Shown here one piece after another: positions 18,737 to 28,805 of a stretch of 64,000 bases of DNA; position 1 is the stretch's first letter; the number at the start of each line of letters is the position of its first letter. This DNA comes from Nocardioidaceae bacterium. Its GTDB lineage: Bacteria > Actinomycetota > Actinomycetes > Propionibacteriales > Nocardioidaceae. The DNA lies in assembly GCA_025966335.1 (NCBI GenBank), contig JAICRS010000001.1, forward strand, positions 5,613 to 69,612. Direction: 5' to 3'. Position numbers and translations under genes: made by a program. The notes under the pieces are model-generated. The model saw only the letters and a program-made list of their open reading frames with translations, was not told where the DNA came from and made no database searches.

Positions 18737-19942
18737 ATGGCGCTGGACACCACCATCACCCCGTTCGACGTCGACCGGGCACGCCGCGACACGCCGGGTG
18801 CCGCCAAGGTCGCTCATCTGAACAACGCGGGTGCGGCGCTGATGCCGACATCGGTGAGCGACGCCGTCATCGCGCACCTCCGCCTCGAGTCGGAGATGGG
18901 TGGCTATGAGGCCGCGGCGGTCGCGCACGACCAGGTCGAGCACACGTACGGCGCCATCGCCCGGCTGATCGGCTGCGAAGCGGACGAGGTCGCGGTCGTC
19001 GAGAACGCCACGCGGGCATGGGACATGGCCTTCTACGGGCTGACGTTCGGCCCGGGGGACCGGATCCTGACCGCCCGAGCCGAGTACGCCAGCAACGTGA
19101 TCGCCTTCCTCCAGGTCGCGCGGCGAACCGGCGCCGTCGTCGAGGTCGTCGACAACGACGAGTCCGGACAGGTTTCCGTCGAGGACCTGCGCCAGCGGCT
19201 GAACGACGGTAAAGGCCCCGTGCGACTGGTCGCGATCACGCACGTGCCGACGCAGGGCGGTCTGGTCAACCCCGCCGAGGAGATCGGAGCCGCCACCAGA
19301 GAGGCCGGTGTGCTCTTCCTGCTCGACGCCTGCCAGTCCGTCGGCCAGCTGCCCGTCGACGTCGAGCGCCTAGGGTGCGACTTTCTCTCGGCGACCGGGC
19401 GCAAGTTCCTGCGCGGTCCGCGCGGCACTGGCTTCCTCTACGTCCGTCGCGACGTGCTGGACCAGGTCGAGCCGCCCTTCCTGGACCTGCACGCGGCGAC
19501 CTGGACCGCCCCGGACCAGTACCAGATGCGCCCCGACGCGCGTCGCTTCGAGAACTGGGAGACCAACTACGCGACGAAGATCGGGCTCGGCGTCGCCGCG
19601 GACTACGCCCTGTCCTGGGGACTGGATGCGCTCGAGGCCCGCGTCACCGGGCTCGCCGATCGGCTACGCGAGCGACTGGTGGGCACGCCGGGTGTGCAGG
19701 TGCACGACCAGGGTGAGCGCCGCTGCGGCATCGTCACCTTCACCCTCGACGGCGTCCCTGCCCAGCAGGTGCAGCAGCATCTGGCCGACAGGGGCGTCAA
19801 CGTCAGTGTGTCGCTCGTCGACTACGCCCGCCTCGACCTGCCGGACCGCGGCCTGCCGGACCTGGTCCGCGCCTCGGTGCACTACTACAACACCGACGAC
19901 GAGCTGGACCAGCTCGTCGTCGGGCTTCCGCCTCGGATCTGA
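18737..19942 (+). CDS. PLP-dependent class V aminotransferase / C-S lyase-like enzyme
   Basis: Motifs HLNNAGAAL, LLDACQSVGQ, SATGRKFLRGPRGTGFL (PLP Lys), RASVHYYNT. Confidence 0.88.
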   Translation: MALDTTITPFDVDRARRDTPGAAKVAHLNNAGAALMPTSVSDAVIAHLRLESEMGGYEAAAVAHDQVEHTYGAIARLIGCEADEVAVVENATRAWDMAFYGLTFGPGDRILTARAEYASNVIAFLQVARRTGAVVEVVDNDESGQVSVEDLRQRLNDGKGPVRLVAITHVPTQGGLVNPAEEIGAATREAGVLFLLDACQSVGQLPVDVERLGCDFLSATGRKFLRGPRGTGFLYVRRDVLDQVEPPFLDLHAATWTAPDQYQMRPDARRFENWETNYATKIGLGVAADYALSWGLDALEARVTGLADRLRERLVGTPGVQVHDQGERRCGIVTFTLDGVPAQQVQQHLADRGVNVSVSLVDYARLDLPDRGLPDLVRASVHYYNTDDELDQLVVGLPPRI

Positions 19943-19987
19943 CCTCGGGCGAGAGTGCTGGCCAGGTGCCGCGTCTAGAGGGGTCGC

Positions 19988-21298
19988 TCAGGAGTTGCCG
20001 AGCAGCGCCTCGTCGAAGTGGGCGATCACGCGCTGCTCGTACGCCGCCGCCTCGTCCCGGATCGCGGCGGTGTGGTTGGCCTCGGGCAGCTCCCACAGCT
20101 CCACCGGCTCTTCGGCCGCTTCGGCGTAGACCCTGTTCATCGCGATCTCCATGGGGATCGACCCGGCCGCGATCAGCAGCAACGGGGTGGGGGAGACCTG
20201 CGCGGCGAGCTCGGCCAGCCTGGGAGGCGGGGTGCTGCCGGAGAGCAGGGCGGCTGTGGCCGTCACCGGTGCCATGTAGGCGTTCACCCATCTGTCCGCC
20301 GGTGGGATGTCGCTGAACGAGCTGGCAGTCGCACCGTCGGCGACGATCGCCTTGAGCCGCTTGTCCTCGGCCCCCACCTCGATCAGCACATCGGCTCCGG
20401 TCGACAGTCCCAGCGCCCCTATGCGTCCGGGCTCGACATCGCCCCGTGTGCCGAGGAAGTCGATGGCGCCTGCGACGTCGTGACGCCAGTCCCAGCCATA
20501 GCCGTTCGGGCTGCCCTCGCTCCGGCCGGCCCCGCGTGCGTCGTAAAGGAGCACGCCGTACCCGTGATCGGCCAGCAGCCTCGCGTGCTGGATGGAGCCC
20601 AGCCGGTCCCCGCCGGCGGAGTTCACCAGGATCACCGCGGCACCGTTGCGCGACGGTGAGTACCAGCCGGAGAGCTCGAGGCCGTCCGTGGAGTCGAACG
20701 TGACCGTCTCGTAGGCGTCGCCGGGCGGCGCGCCGATGGGGTCACGGAAGAGGTGCGTCTGGCCGATGCCGACGCCGATCGGCATGACTATGTAGACCAC
20801 CAGGACCGGTGTGGCCACGACGGCCACTCCACGCACCGCCCACCGCCGCCGCGCGCTCACCTGCCGTTCACCGCGGTGAAGGAACGGCAGTGCGGCCGCC
20901 ATGACCAGCATCACGACCCCAGCGGCCGCGGCCAGCACGCCGGTGATGTCGCTGTTCGACGGGCCGTCGACGCTGATGTGCATCACGTGCAGGGCCCCGT
21001 TCGTGAGGGCAGCGCCGCCGAAGAGCAGGGCCATGGCCGCTCGGAGGCCGGTGCGGAGCCGACCGAACAGCAGGACGCCGGTCACGGCGAGCGCGGTCAC
21101 CACCAGCAGGGCCGGCAGGTGCTGCGTCACGGGGACGCCGGGTTGCCGGTTGAGGACCGCGTCGTCGAGTGCGTGGATAAGCCCGATCGCGGTTGTGATC
21201 GCGAAGACCCGGTGGGCCAGGTCGTGGCGCGGGGCGGTGCGTTCCCCGTCGTCCCGAGTGACACGCCGTCCGGTGTGGGCGGTAGTTGCCGTCGTCAT
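19988..21298 (-). CDS. Membrane-anchored alpha/beta hydrolase
   Basis: About 5 N-terminal TM segments, then LSGWYSPSRNGAAV, YDARGAGRSEG, GLSTG nucleophile elbow and a C-terminal ANHT His. Confidence 0.82.
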   Translation of the reverse strand: MTTATTAHTGRRVTRDDGERTAPRHDLAHRVFAITTAIGLIHALDDAVLNRQPGVPVTQHLPALLVVTALAVTGVLLFGRLRTGLRAAMALLFGGAALTNGALHVMHISVDGPSNSDITGVLAAAAGVVMLVMAAALPFLHRGERQVSARRRWAVRGVAVVATPVLVVYIVMPIGVGIGQTHLFRDPIGAPPGDAYETVTFDSTDGLELSGWYSPSRNGAAVILVNSAGGDRLGSIQHARLLADHGYGVLLYDARGAGRSEGSPNGYGWDWRHDVAGAIDFLGTRGDVEPGRIGALGLSTGADVLIEVGAEDKRLKAIVADGATASSFSDIPPADRWVNAYMAPVTATAALLSGSTPPPRLAELAAQVSPTPLLLIAAGSIPMEIAMNRVYAEAAEEPVELWELPEANHTAAIRDEAAAYEQRVIAHFDEALLGNS

Positions 21299-21341
21299 GG
21301 TTGCTCCAGAGGTAGTCGGCCCGGTCGGTCAGGCGCACCCA

Positions 21342-21450
21342 CGACGCTATGGATTTACGAGCCCGGAAAGCACCGGGCTGGCCGCTCGTCGAACGGTCGG
21401 CGGCCGCACGTCGGCGGCGGTCAACCCCCGATGCGACATGCGGGAAACAC
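21342..21450 (-). promoter_or_regulatory. Regulated promoter for the hydrolase gene (motif shared with 29533-29644)
   Basis: Minus strand reads GTGTTTCCCGCAT ... GCGGCCAGCCCG-N24-TAGCGTCG. Confidence 0.65.
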
Positions 21451-21496
21451 CCTCGTCCGCTATGCCGGGTTCCTCCAGGATGGGTGGAGGAGGTGG

Positions 21497-21868
21497 ATGG
21501 TGCCGAACGTGCGGGTGCTGATCGTCGACGACCAGGCGCTTTTCCGGCGAGCGGCCGCGGCCGTCGTCGACGCGACGGACGGGTTCGTGCTGGTCGGGGA
21601 GGCGGTGGACGGCGAGGCCTCGTTGGCCGCGACGCGGGAGAACCGGCCCGACCTGGTCCTGATGGACGTGAACCTGCCGGGCGCGGACGGCATGGAGGCC
21701 ACCCGCCGGCTTCGCGCCCTGGACGGTGCTCCGGTCGTGGTGCTTCTGTCCACCTACGAGCTCAGCGAGCTTGGGGATGACCCACTACGGTGCGGTGCTG
21801 CGGCCTACGTCCCCAAGTCCGACTTCGACGCCGGCCGCCTCCACGACATCTGGGACGCCGCCCGGTGA
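21497..21868 (+). CDS. Single-domain response regulator (receiver only)
   Basis: VRVLIVDDQ, PDLVLMDVNLP, VVLLST, YVPKS. No output domain. RBS GGAGGAGG. Confidence 0.87.
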   Translation: MVPNVRVLIVDDQALFRRAAAAVVDATDGFVLVGEAVDGEASLAATRENRPDLVLMDVNLPGADGMEATRRLRALDGAPVVVLLSTYELSELGDDPLRCGAAAYVPKSDFDAGRLHDIWDAAR

Positions 21869-23899
21869 CGACAGCGGAAGCAACAGCTCCAGACGAACGC
21901 GTCGGTCCCGGACAGTGCTCTCGAGCGTCCCGGACAGAGCCGCGGCACGGTCCTGCAGGTGGTCGGTGCTCGGGGGTCCGATGGGGCCGGCCGGTCCGTG
22001 GATCTCCAGCGCCAGTACGTCGTTGCGCACGGAAAGGCGCACGTTCGCCGGGCCGCCGATCTCGCCGATGAGCTCCACGGCGCAGAAGTAGGCGGTGCTC
22101 TCCACACGGGGGTCGAACCGACGGTCCGTCGACGGGTCAGCGGCCAGGCTGCCGCGCCCTGATCGTTCGAGGTAGCCGGCCAGTGCGGGCGCCAGCCCAC
22201 GACGCGCGAGCTGCGTCGGGAAGACGCCACGGGTCAGGGACCGCAGCGATTCCAGGGCGGTCTGGGTGTGCACGGTCAGCTCGTCGACGTGTCGACCGGT
22301 CTGGTCCGGCGAGGAGGCTGGTTGTGCTCGTGGGTCGTTGATCAGTCCGTCGAGGCCCTCTCCGACCCGTTGCAGGTGGGGGAGGACCGTGCGCGCCAGG
22401 TTGGCCTCGAACCGTTGCCGTGCCGCGATCTGGGCCTGGTCGAGCCGGCGAGCCGAGGCGGCGAGCTCGTCGGTGCTGCGACGCAGCTGGCTGACCCGGT
22501 CGATCAGTGCCGACTCGAGCCGGATGTTCCGCAGCGCCCGCCCCAGCTGGAGGACGAAGTCGTCGACAAGTCGTTGCTCGTCGGGTCGTAGCCCGGCGCC
22601 GGCGGGCAGGGTCAGCGAGAGACTGCCGAGCCGGCCCTCTCCGTCGATGACCGGAAGCAGCGCCGCCGGTCCGGAGCCAGCACTGCGGCCGTCCGGCCAG
22701 CTGACCTCGCTCGACGCCCGGCCAGGTACGTCGACCCGGATGCTGACCCCGCGAGCGCCCACTGCGCGGGCCACCGATTCCGCGACACGGCGCAGCAGCT
22801 CGTCGGTGTCGGGCGACTCCTGGAGTCGTTTGCTGAACTCCGCGAGCTCCACGTAGGGAGCGGCGCGGGCGCCGTACACGAGCCTGTCAGCCAGCCGTTC
22901 GGCTTTCTTGCGTACCGGCTGGAACGCGAGGGCGACCAGAGCCGTGGCGAGCAGGGACGGCCAGAAGAGTCCCCGGGTGAGTGGGAAGAGCTCACCGATG
23001 AGGACGACCAGCGCGATGTACCCCACAGTGACGAAGCCCGACAACGCCGCAAGAGTGATTGCCCGGTTGATGAAGATGTCGATGTGGTAGAGCCGGTAGC
23101 GAAGGATCGCGATACCGGTGAACAGCGGAACGCACACGTAGGCGACCATCACCGGCAGCGGAAGGATCCATTCCGGGGCGCTGCCGGCGACGAGGATGAC
23201 GTTGCCGACCACACCGGCGGCCAGAACGACCGCCGCGACGGTCATCCATCGCAGCTGCGTCCGCTCGTCGCCGTGGGCACGCCGCAGCCGTAGCAACAGC
23301 GAGACGGCCGCCGCCAGGACCCCGACGCCGATCAACAGGGACGCCGACGACAGGACGGCGACCAGGACCGGCCCCGGCTCTCGTCCGACAAGCTCTGCGT
23401 GACGGTCGAGCTGGTCGGGCATGACGGTGCCGACCGCCGCGGTGCTCACCAGCAGCCCGATCACCGGTGCAGCGAGCGCCCACGCCCACCGCCGGGAGGC
23501 GAGGCGGCCGTCCGGAGCCAGCAGGAACAGGACCGCGAGCAAGGCGATCACGAACAGTCCGCCGGTCTGGAGCGAGAACCAGATCGCCAGGTGGCCGCCG
23601 GGTGCGGAGCCGAGCTCACCCGACAGTGCGCTGTATCCGTAGGCACGCAGGGCGAGCCCGAGCTCGCTGAGCAGCTGGCCGACGACGAAGAGCCAGCCGA
23701 TCGGGTGAGCGGGGTAGCGCGCCACGATCACGGCCCCGACGAAGGCACCGGCGATCGCCCCCACCGTCACCAGCGGGAAACCATCGGCGACGACATCCGT
23801 GCCGAACACCGGCCGTCGCGACGCCACGAGCAGCGCCACGTGGACCGCCGCAACAAGCACGGTCAGGGCGAACAACGACCAGGCCAGACGCACCCGCAT
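21785..23899 (-). CDS. Multi-pass membrane histidine-kinase-like protein with degenerate H-box and ATP boxes (pseudokinase)
   Basis: About 9-10 TM segments (AILRYRLYHID), a GAF-like region, then a HisKA_3-like region ARQRFEANLARTV (no His) and a HATPase-like region AYFCAVELIGEIG lacking the NxxKH and DDGxG boxes. Confidence 0.78.
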   Translation of the reverse strand: MRVRLAWSLFALTVLVAAVHVALLVASRRPVFGTDVVADGFPLVTVGAIAGAFVGAVIVARYPAHPIGWLFVVGQLLSELGLALRAYGYSALSGELGSAPGGHLAIWFSLQTGGLFVIALLAVLFLLAPDGRLASRRWAWALAAPVIGLLVSTAAVGTVMPDQLDRHAELVGREPGPVLVAVLSSASLLIGVGVLAAAVSLLLRLRRAHGDERTQLRWMTVAAVVLAAGVVGNVILVAGSAPEWILPLPVMVAYVCVPLFTGIAILRYRLYHIDIFINRAITLAALSGFVTVGYIALVVLIGELFPLTRGLFWPSLLATALVALAFQPVRKKAERLADRLVYGARAAPYVELAEFSKRLQESPDTDELLRRVAESVARAVGARGVSIRVDVPGRASSEVSWPDGRSAGSGPAALLPVIDGEGRLGSLSLTLPAGAGLRPDEQRLVDDFVLQLGRALRNIRLESALIDRVSQLRRSTDELAASARRLDQAQIAARQRFEANLARTVLPHLQRVGEGLDGLINDPRAQPASSPDQTGRHVDELTVHTQTALESLRSLTRGVFPTQLARRGLAPALAGYLERSGRGSLAADPSTDRRFDPRVESTAYFCAVELIGEIGGPANVRLSVRNDVLALEIHGPAGPIGPPSTDHLQDRAAALSGTLESTVRDRRVRLELLLPLSSPGGVPDVVEAAGVEVGLGDVGRSTAP

Positions 23900-23900
23900 G

Positions 23901-25229
23901 TCAGGTCGCTTCCACCGGAGCAGGGGCTGCCGCGGGAATGTCCGCCACCACCGTGGTACCGCCTGCGGAGCGGCGTACCTGGACGTCGCCACCAACCGAG
24001 GCCACCCGCTCACGCATGTTGGCCAGTCCGCGTCCCTGCCCTACGTTTCCCGCGCCGGGGTCGATGCCGATTCCGTCGTCGTCGACGGTGAGCACGAGCC
24101 GTCCGGCCTCCTCGCGGAGGCGGACGTCGATTCTGGACGCATCCGCGTGCTTCGTGGCGTTCTGGACCGCCTCGAGGGCGCAGAAGTAGAGCGTCGCCTC
24201 GACGTCGGGATCGAGCCGACTCATCTCAGGCACCGTGACCCGCACCGGGACCGGGTTCGCAGCTGTCGCGACCACGAGAGCGGGCGCGAAGCCGCGTTGG
24301 GTCAAGGTCTCGGGGGCTGCTCCGCCGGAGATGATCCGGAGCGTCCGGACCGCATCGGTGACGGCGTGCCGCTGCTCACGCAAGACGTCCGTCGTGCGGA
24401 CCGGATCGGTGACGATCAGTGCCTTGGCGACCTTGAGGTTGATCGCCAACGCCACGAGCTGTTGCTGGGCACCATCGTGGATGTCGCGCTCGAGACGTCG
24501 ACGTTCGAGGTCCTGCGTCGTGACCAGCTCGTCCCGGATGTGGCGCAGCTCCAGCTCGCGCGCGGTGAGCTCCTCCAACCGAACCGCAAGCTCCGCCCGC
24601 AGCTGCGCGCTCTGCAGCACCATGCCTGCCTGGGCGGCCAGGCCACCGAGCAGCCGGTCCTCGACGGGCGTCATGGGACGGCCGGCTCGCTCCCTCACCC
24701 TCAGCACACCCAACGGTCTGCGGGCATGGGACACCGTCACCGTCCGGATGCCCTCGTCGGAGTCGCTGCCGTAGAGCGGCGGAGGCTTCTGGTCCCCCTC
24801 GACGTCCGGCGGGTACGTCGCCATCAACGTCAACCGGCCGTCGACGAGCACCCAGACCTGTGCCCAGGCGACCCCGGTGCCCGAAGCCAGCATGCGTGCC
24901 ATGACGGCGGGCGCCCGCTCGCCGGAATCGCTCCGTGTCATCTCGTGGGAGAACTCGGCGAGGACCTCGTACGGCGTACGGTCCGATCGGCTGAACCTGC
25001 GGGCCGCACGCCGCTCGGCAAGGTTCCTGACCGGCTCGACGATCGAGGCCACCACTGCCGTCGCCAGCACGGACAGTCCCAGGTGAGGTGAGTCCAAGCG
25101 GCCGATCAACAGGCCTCCGCCGAGTACCACGACGACGTAGACCGACAGTACCGTGCCGGCCGCGGCCACCCAGCCGAGAACCACCTCGGGGCGCGGCGCC
25201 CGGGTGGCGAGGACGCCGACGGCGCTCAT
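23901..25229 (-). CDS. NarX/HisKA_3-type sensor histidine kinase with GAF-like domain
   Basis: Two TM segments; ERRRLERDIHDGAQQQL (H-box), EAVQNATKHA (N-box), DDDGIG (G1), GRGLANMRER (G2). Start ATG 25229. Confidence 0.9.
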   Translation of the reverse strand: MSAVGVLATRAPRPEVVLGWVAAAGTVLSVYVVVVLGGGLLIGRLDSPHLGLSVLATAVVASIVEPVRNLAERRAARRFSRSDRTPYEVLAEFSHEMTRSDSGERAPAVMARMLASGTGVAWAQVWVLVDGRLTLMATYPPDVEGDQKPPPLYGSDSDEGIRTVTVSHARRPLGVLRVRERAGRPMTPVEDRLLGGLAAQAGMVLQSAQLRAELAVRLEELTARELELRHIRDELVTTQDLERRRLERDIHDGAQQQLVALAINLKVAKALIVTDPVRTTDVLREQRHAVTDAVRTLRIISGGAAPETLTQRGFAPALVVATAANPVPVRVTVPEMSRLDPDVEATLYFCALEAVQNATKHADASRIDVRLREEAGRLVLTVDDDGIGIDPGAGNVGQGRGLANMRERVASVGGDVQVRRSAGGTTVVADIPAAAPAPVEAT

Positions 25230-25458
25230 GGCACGAGTGTGCTCCCCGCACCCGCCGCCCGTCATGTGATTGGCCGCCCCGGATCTGGGCGGCTGACCGC
25301 ACACATCGCGGCGGGTGGCCCCGTGACGGCCTTCGCCCAGCAGGTGGTCATCCTCGGCGGATGTGCGCGCGACCCCATGCCGTTCGGCGGCGCGGACCCC
25401 TGAAATGGAGGTCATCCGGTCGACGGCGGCCGGTGTCCGTCGAACCAGGAGCAACAGG

Positions 25459-26211
25459 ATGACCACCTTCGCAACTCCCACTACCACGTCAGCAGCGGCC
25501 CGGGCGACAGGCGTCACCAAGGCCTACGGCACCGGCGACGCACGAGTGCTGGCGCTCGACGACGTCACTGTGACGATCGAGTCGGGCAAGTTCACCGCGA
25601 TCATGGGGCCGTCGGGCTCCGGCAAGTCGACGCTGCTGCACGTCCTCGCCGGTCTGGACCGCCCCACCGAAGGCAAGATCCACATCGGCGGAGCCGAGAT
25701 CACGACGATGAACGACCGCGAGCTCACCCTGCTGCGCCGCGACCGGATCGGCTTCATCTTCCAGGCGTTCAACCTGCTGCCCACCCTGACCGCAGCGGAG
25801 AACATCGCCCTGCCGTCCCGGATCGCCGGCCGCAAGCCCGATCCGCTATGGGTGCAGTCGATCGTCGAGACCGTGGGCCTGGGCGCCCGGCTCTCCCACC
25901 GGCCGTCCGAGCTCTCCGGCGGCCAGCAGCAGCGGGTCGCAGCGGCGCGAGCGCTGGCCACCAAGCCCGACATCGTCTTCGCCGACGAGCCGACCGGCGC
26001 CCTGGACTCACGTTCGGGGGAGGAGCTGTTGCGCTTCCTCCAGCACGCGGTGCGCGAGATGGGACAGACGGTCGTGATGGTCACCCACGACCCGGAGGCC
26101 GCCGCCCACGCCGACCGGGTGCTCTTCCTCAGCGACGGCGACATCGTCGACGAGATGGCAAGCCCCACGTCCGACCAGGTCCTCGACTACATGAAGAAGC
26201 TAGGAGCCTGA
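25459..26211 (+). CDS. ABC transporter ATP-binding protein (LolD/MacB/FtsE type)
   Basis: GPSGSGKST, IGFIFQAFNL, LSGGQQQR, FADEPTGALD, VTHD. Confidence 0.93.
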   Translation: MTTFATPTTTSAAARATGVTKAYGTGDARVLALDDVTVTIESGKFTAIMGPSGSGKSTLLHVLAGLDRPTEGKIHIGGAEITTMNDRELTLLRRDRIGFIFQAFNLLPTLTAAENIALPSRIAGRKPDPLWVQSIVETVGLGARLSHRPSELSGGQQQRVAAARALATKPDIVFADEPTGALDSRSGEELLRFLQHAVREMGQTVVMVTHDPEAAAHADRVLFLSDGDIVDEMASPTSDQVLDYMKKLGA

Positions 26212-26214
26212 ACC

Positions 26215-28752
26215 ATGTTGAGTGCAACGATCAAGGGGATGCTGGCGCACAAGCTCCGGCTCTTCCTCACCGCCACCTCGATCGCCCTCGGTGTGGCCTT
26301 TCTCGCGGGCACGCTGATGCTGAACAACAGCATGCAGCGCGCCTTCGACGACCTGTTCGCAAGCGTCAGCTCGGGGATGGACACGGTCGTCAGGGGGGAG
26401 GCGGCCAACGCGCAGGCGGCCGCCGCCGACGAGCGGCCCGCGGTGCCCGCTGCGGTCCTCGACGAGGTACGCGGCATCGAAGGTGTCGCCGCTGCCGAGG
26501 GGCGGGTCGAGGGCTATGCCCTGCTCACCGACTCGCACGGCAAGCCGATCCAGCCCAACGGTGCTCCGACGCTGGGGACCAACCTCAGCGAGGATCCCGC
26601 CCTGCGCGGTGAGGTCACGTTGCGCTCCGGACGCGCACCGCAGGCTGCCGACGAGGTGGCGGTCGACGCCACCTCCGCCAAGGAAGGCGGCCTCGCTCTC
26701 GGATCGCAGGTGAAGGTCCTGTTCCAGGGTCCGGCCCAGACGTTCACCCTGGTCGGCATCGTCGGCTACGGCGACGAGGACGACCTCGGTGGGTCGACCA
26801 CGGCGTACTTCGAGCGCGAGACCGCTCAACGGCTGCTGGGCAACACGGGCACGTTCGACACAGTCGTCGCGAAGGCGGCCGACGGTATGTCGGAGAGCGA
26901 GCTCGCCGAACGTGTTGACGCCGCCCTGCCGAACGGGTTCGAGGCACTGACCGGTGAGGCGGTCGCAGACGAACGTGCGGACGCCGCGAAGGACAGCCTC
27001 GGGTTCCTGACCATCGCTCTGACGGTGTTCGCCGGGATCGCACTCTTCGTAGGGTCGTTCATCATCTGGAACACCTTCTCGATGCAGGTGGCCCAGCGGT
27101 CCCGCGAGCTGGCGTTGCTGCGCGCGATCGGGGCAACCCGGCGGCAGGTCATGCGGACGATCCTCGCCGAGGCAGTGCTGCTCGGGCTCGTCGCGTCCGC
27201 AATCGGGATCGTTCTCGGCGTCGGAATGGCGAGGGGACTGACCGGTCTGATGGACGGCTTCGGCTTCTCGCTGCCCACGGCCGGGCTCCAGGTCCAGGCG
27301 AGCACTGTTGCGATCGGTCTGGTCGTCGGCACGGTGATGACGGTCATCGCCGCGGTGGCGCCGGCTCGTCGCGCCACCAAGGTGCTTCCCGTAGAGGCAC
27401 TGCGGGACGCTGCTCCGGTGGCAGAGCGGTTCTCCCGGTTGCGGCTGGTCATCGGTGTCGTCCTCATCGGATCCGGTGTCACTGGCCTGCTGCTCGCGCT
27501 GTTCGGCCCGGCGCCGGTGATCTTCCTCGCTGTGGGAGTCGTCGCCGCCGTCCTCGGCGTCACCACGCTGGCTCCGTTGTTCATGCGGAGGCTTGCGGCG
27601 GCGATCGGCTGGCCGCTGCGCAGCAGGGGTCTGCCAGGCGATCTGGCCCGGCAGAACGCCATGCGCAATCCCAAGCGAACGGCGTCCACCGCGATGGCGC
27701 TGGTCATCGGGTTGACCATGGTCTCGACCGTCTCGGTGTTCGCGGCCTCGCTCAAGGTCTCGTTCACCGACGTGCTGTCCAGCTCGTCCCACGGCGACCT
27801 GTACGTGCTGACCCCCTCGAGCCAGGCGCCGGGCTACAGCCCCGAGGTCACCGCAATGGTGCGGGAGGTGGACGGGGTCGCGACGGTGTCACCGACTGCC
27901 TTCGGCCAGGCGGAGTTCAACGGGAGCCGCGCCCCGTTCAACTCCATCGACCCCGGCACAGTCGAGCAGGCGATGGACCTCGGGGTGGTCGAAGGAGACG
28001 CCGGCTCGCTGACCGACACCGGCATACTCGTCAACGAAGACGCCGCGCAGACCAACGGCTGGGAGCTCGGTGACTCCGTGCCGGCCGCATTCCCCGGCCA
28101 CCCCGACGTCCGCCTGGAGGTGCAGGGTGTGATCGACGGCAGCGGTTTCGTCAACGCCGACTACGTGATCAGCGGCGAGGCGCACACGGCCTTCATGCCC
28201 GACCGCCTCGAGGGAACATCAGTCGTTCTCGTCGAGGAAGGGGAGGACGTCGCGGTCGTCGAGGAGCGGATCGCTGAAGCGCTCGCGAACCAGCCGGACG
28301 CGACGGTCATGGACCAGGCGGAGTTCGAGGGTGCGATGGCGGCACTCATCAACCAGCTGCTCGGCCTCGTCACCGTCCTGCTGCTGCTCGCTGTCGTGAT
28401 CGCGCTGCTCGGCATCGTCAATACGCTCGCACTCTCGGTGTTCGAGCGGACCCGCGAGCTCGGTCTGCTCCGGGCGGTCGGTATGACGCGGGGTCAGGTT
28501 CGCGCGATGGTGCGGTGGGAGTCGGTGGTCATCTCGGTCATCGGTGCCCTGCTCGGAGCGGGTCTGGGGATCGGGCTCGGCGTCGCTCTCACCCGGGCGC
28601 TCGCCGACGAGGGGATCGACCAGATCGCGGTGCCCGCGACACAGCTCGGGCTGTACGTGGTCGCGGCCGCCCTCGCCGGTGTCATTGCCGCCGTCGGACC
28701 GGCTCGCCGTGCCTCGAACGTCGACGTGCTCAGGGCGGTGGTCACCGACTGA
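26215..28752 (+). CDS. FtsX-like (type VII) ABC exporter permease, duplicated architecture
   Basis: Two FtsX repeats (NTFSMQVAQRSRELALLRAIGA; NTLALSVFERTRELGLLRAVG) with two extracytoplasmic loops. Confidence 0.92.
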   Translation: MLSATIKGMLAHKLRLFLTATSIALGVAFLAGTLMLNNSMQRAFDDLFASVSSGMDTVVRGEAANAQAAAADERPAVPAAVLDEVRGIEGVAAAEGRVEGYALLTDSHGKPIQPNGAPTLGTNLSEDPALRGEVTLRSGRAPQAADEVAVDATSAKEGGLALGSQVKVLFQGPAQTFTLVGIVGYGDEDDLGGSTTAYFERETAQRLLGNTGTFDTVVAKAADGMSESELAERVDAALPNGFEALTGEAVADERADAAKDSLGFLTIALTVFAGIALFVGSFIIWNTFSMQVAQRSRELALLRAIGATRRQVMRTILAEAVLLGLVASAIGIVLGVGMARGLTGLMDGFGFSLPTAGLQVQASTVAIGLVVGTVMTVIAAVAPARRATKVLPVEALRDAAPVAERFSRLRLVIGVVLIGSGVTGLLLALFGPAPVIFLAVGVVAAVLGVTTLAPLFMRRLAAAIGWPLRSRGLPGDLARQNAMRNPKRTASTAMALVIGLTMVSTVSVFAASLKVSFTDVLSSSSHGDLYVLTPSSQAPGYSPEVTAMVREVDGVATVSPTAFGQAEFNGSRAPFNSIDPGTVEQAMDLGVVEGDAGSLTDTGILVNEDAAQTNGWELGDSVPAAFPGHPDVRLEVQGVIDGSGFVNADYVISGEAHTAFMPDRLEGTSVVLVEEGEDVAVVEERIAEALANQPDATVMDQAEFEGAMAALINQLLGLVTVLLLLAVVIALLGIVNTLALSVFERTRELGLLRAVGMTRGQVRAMVRWESVVISVIGALLGAGLGIGLGVALTRALADEGIDQIAVPATQLGLYVVAAALAGVIAAVGPARRASNVDVLRAVVTD

Positions 28753-28764
28753 GGTCAAGGAGGA

Positions 28765-28800
28765 CGGCCCTCCCCACGAACGGCGGGGAGGGCCGCTTCT
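28765..28800. terminator. Hairpin between convergent permease and regulator genes
   Basis: CGGCCCTCCCC...GGGGAGGGCCG followed by CTTCTCTT. Confidence 0.7.
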
Positions 28801-28805
28801 CTTGC

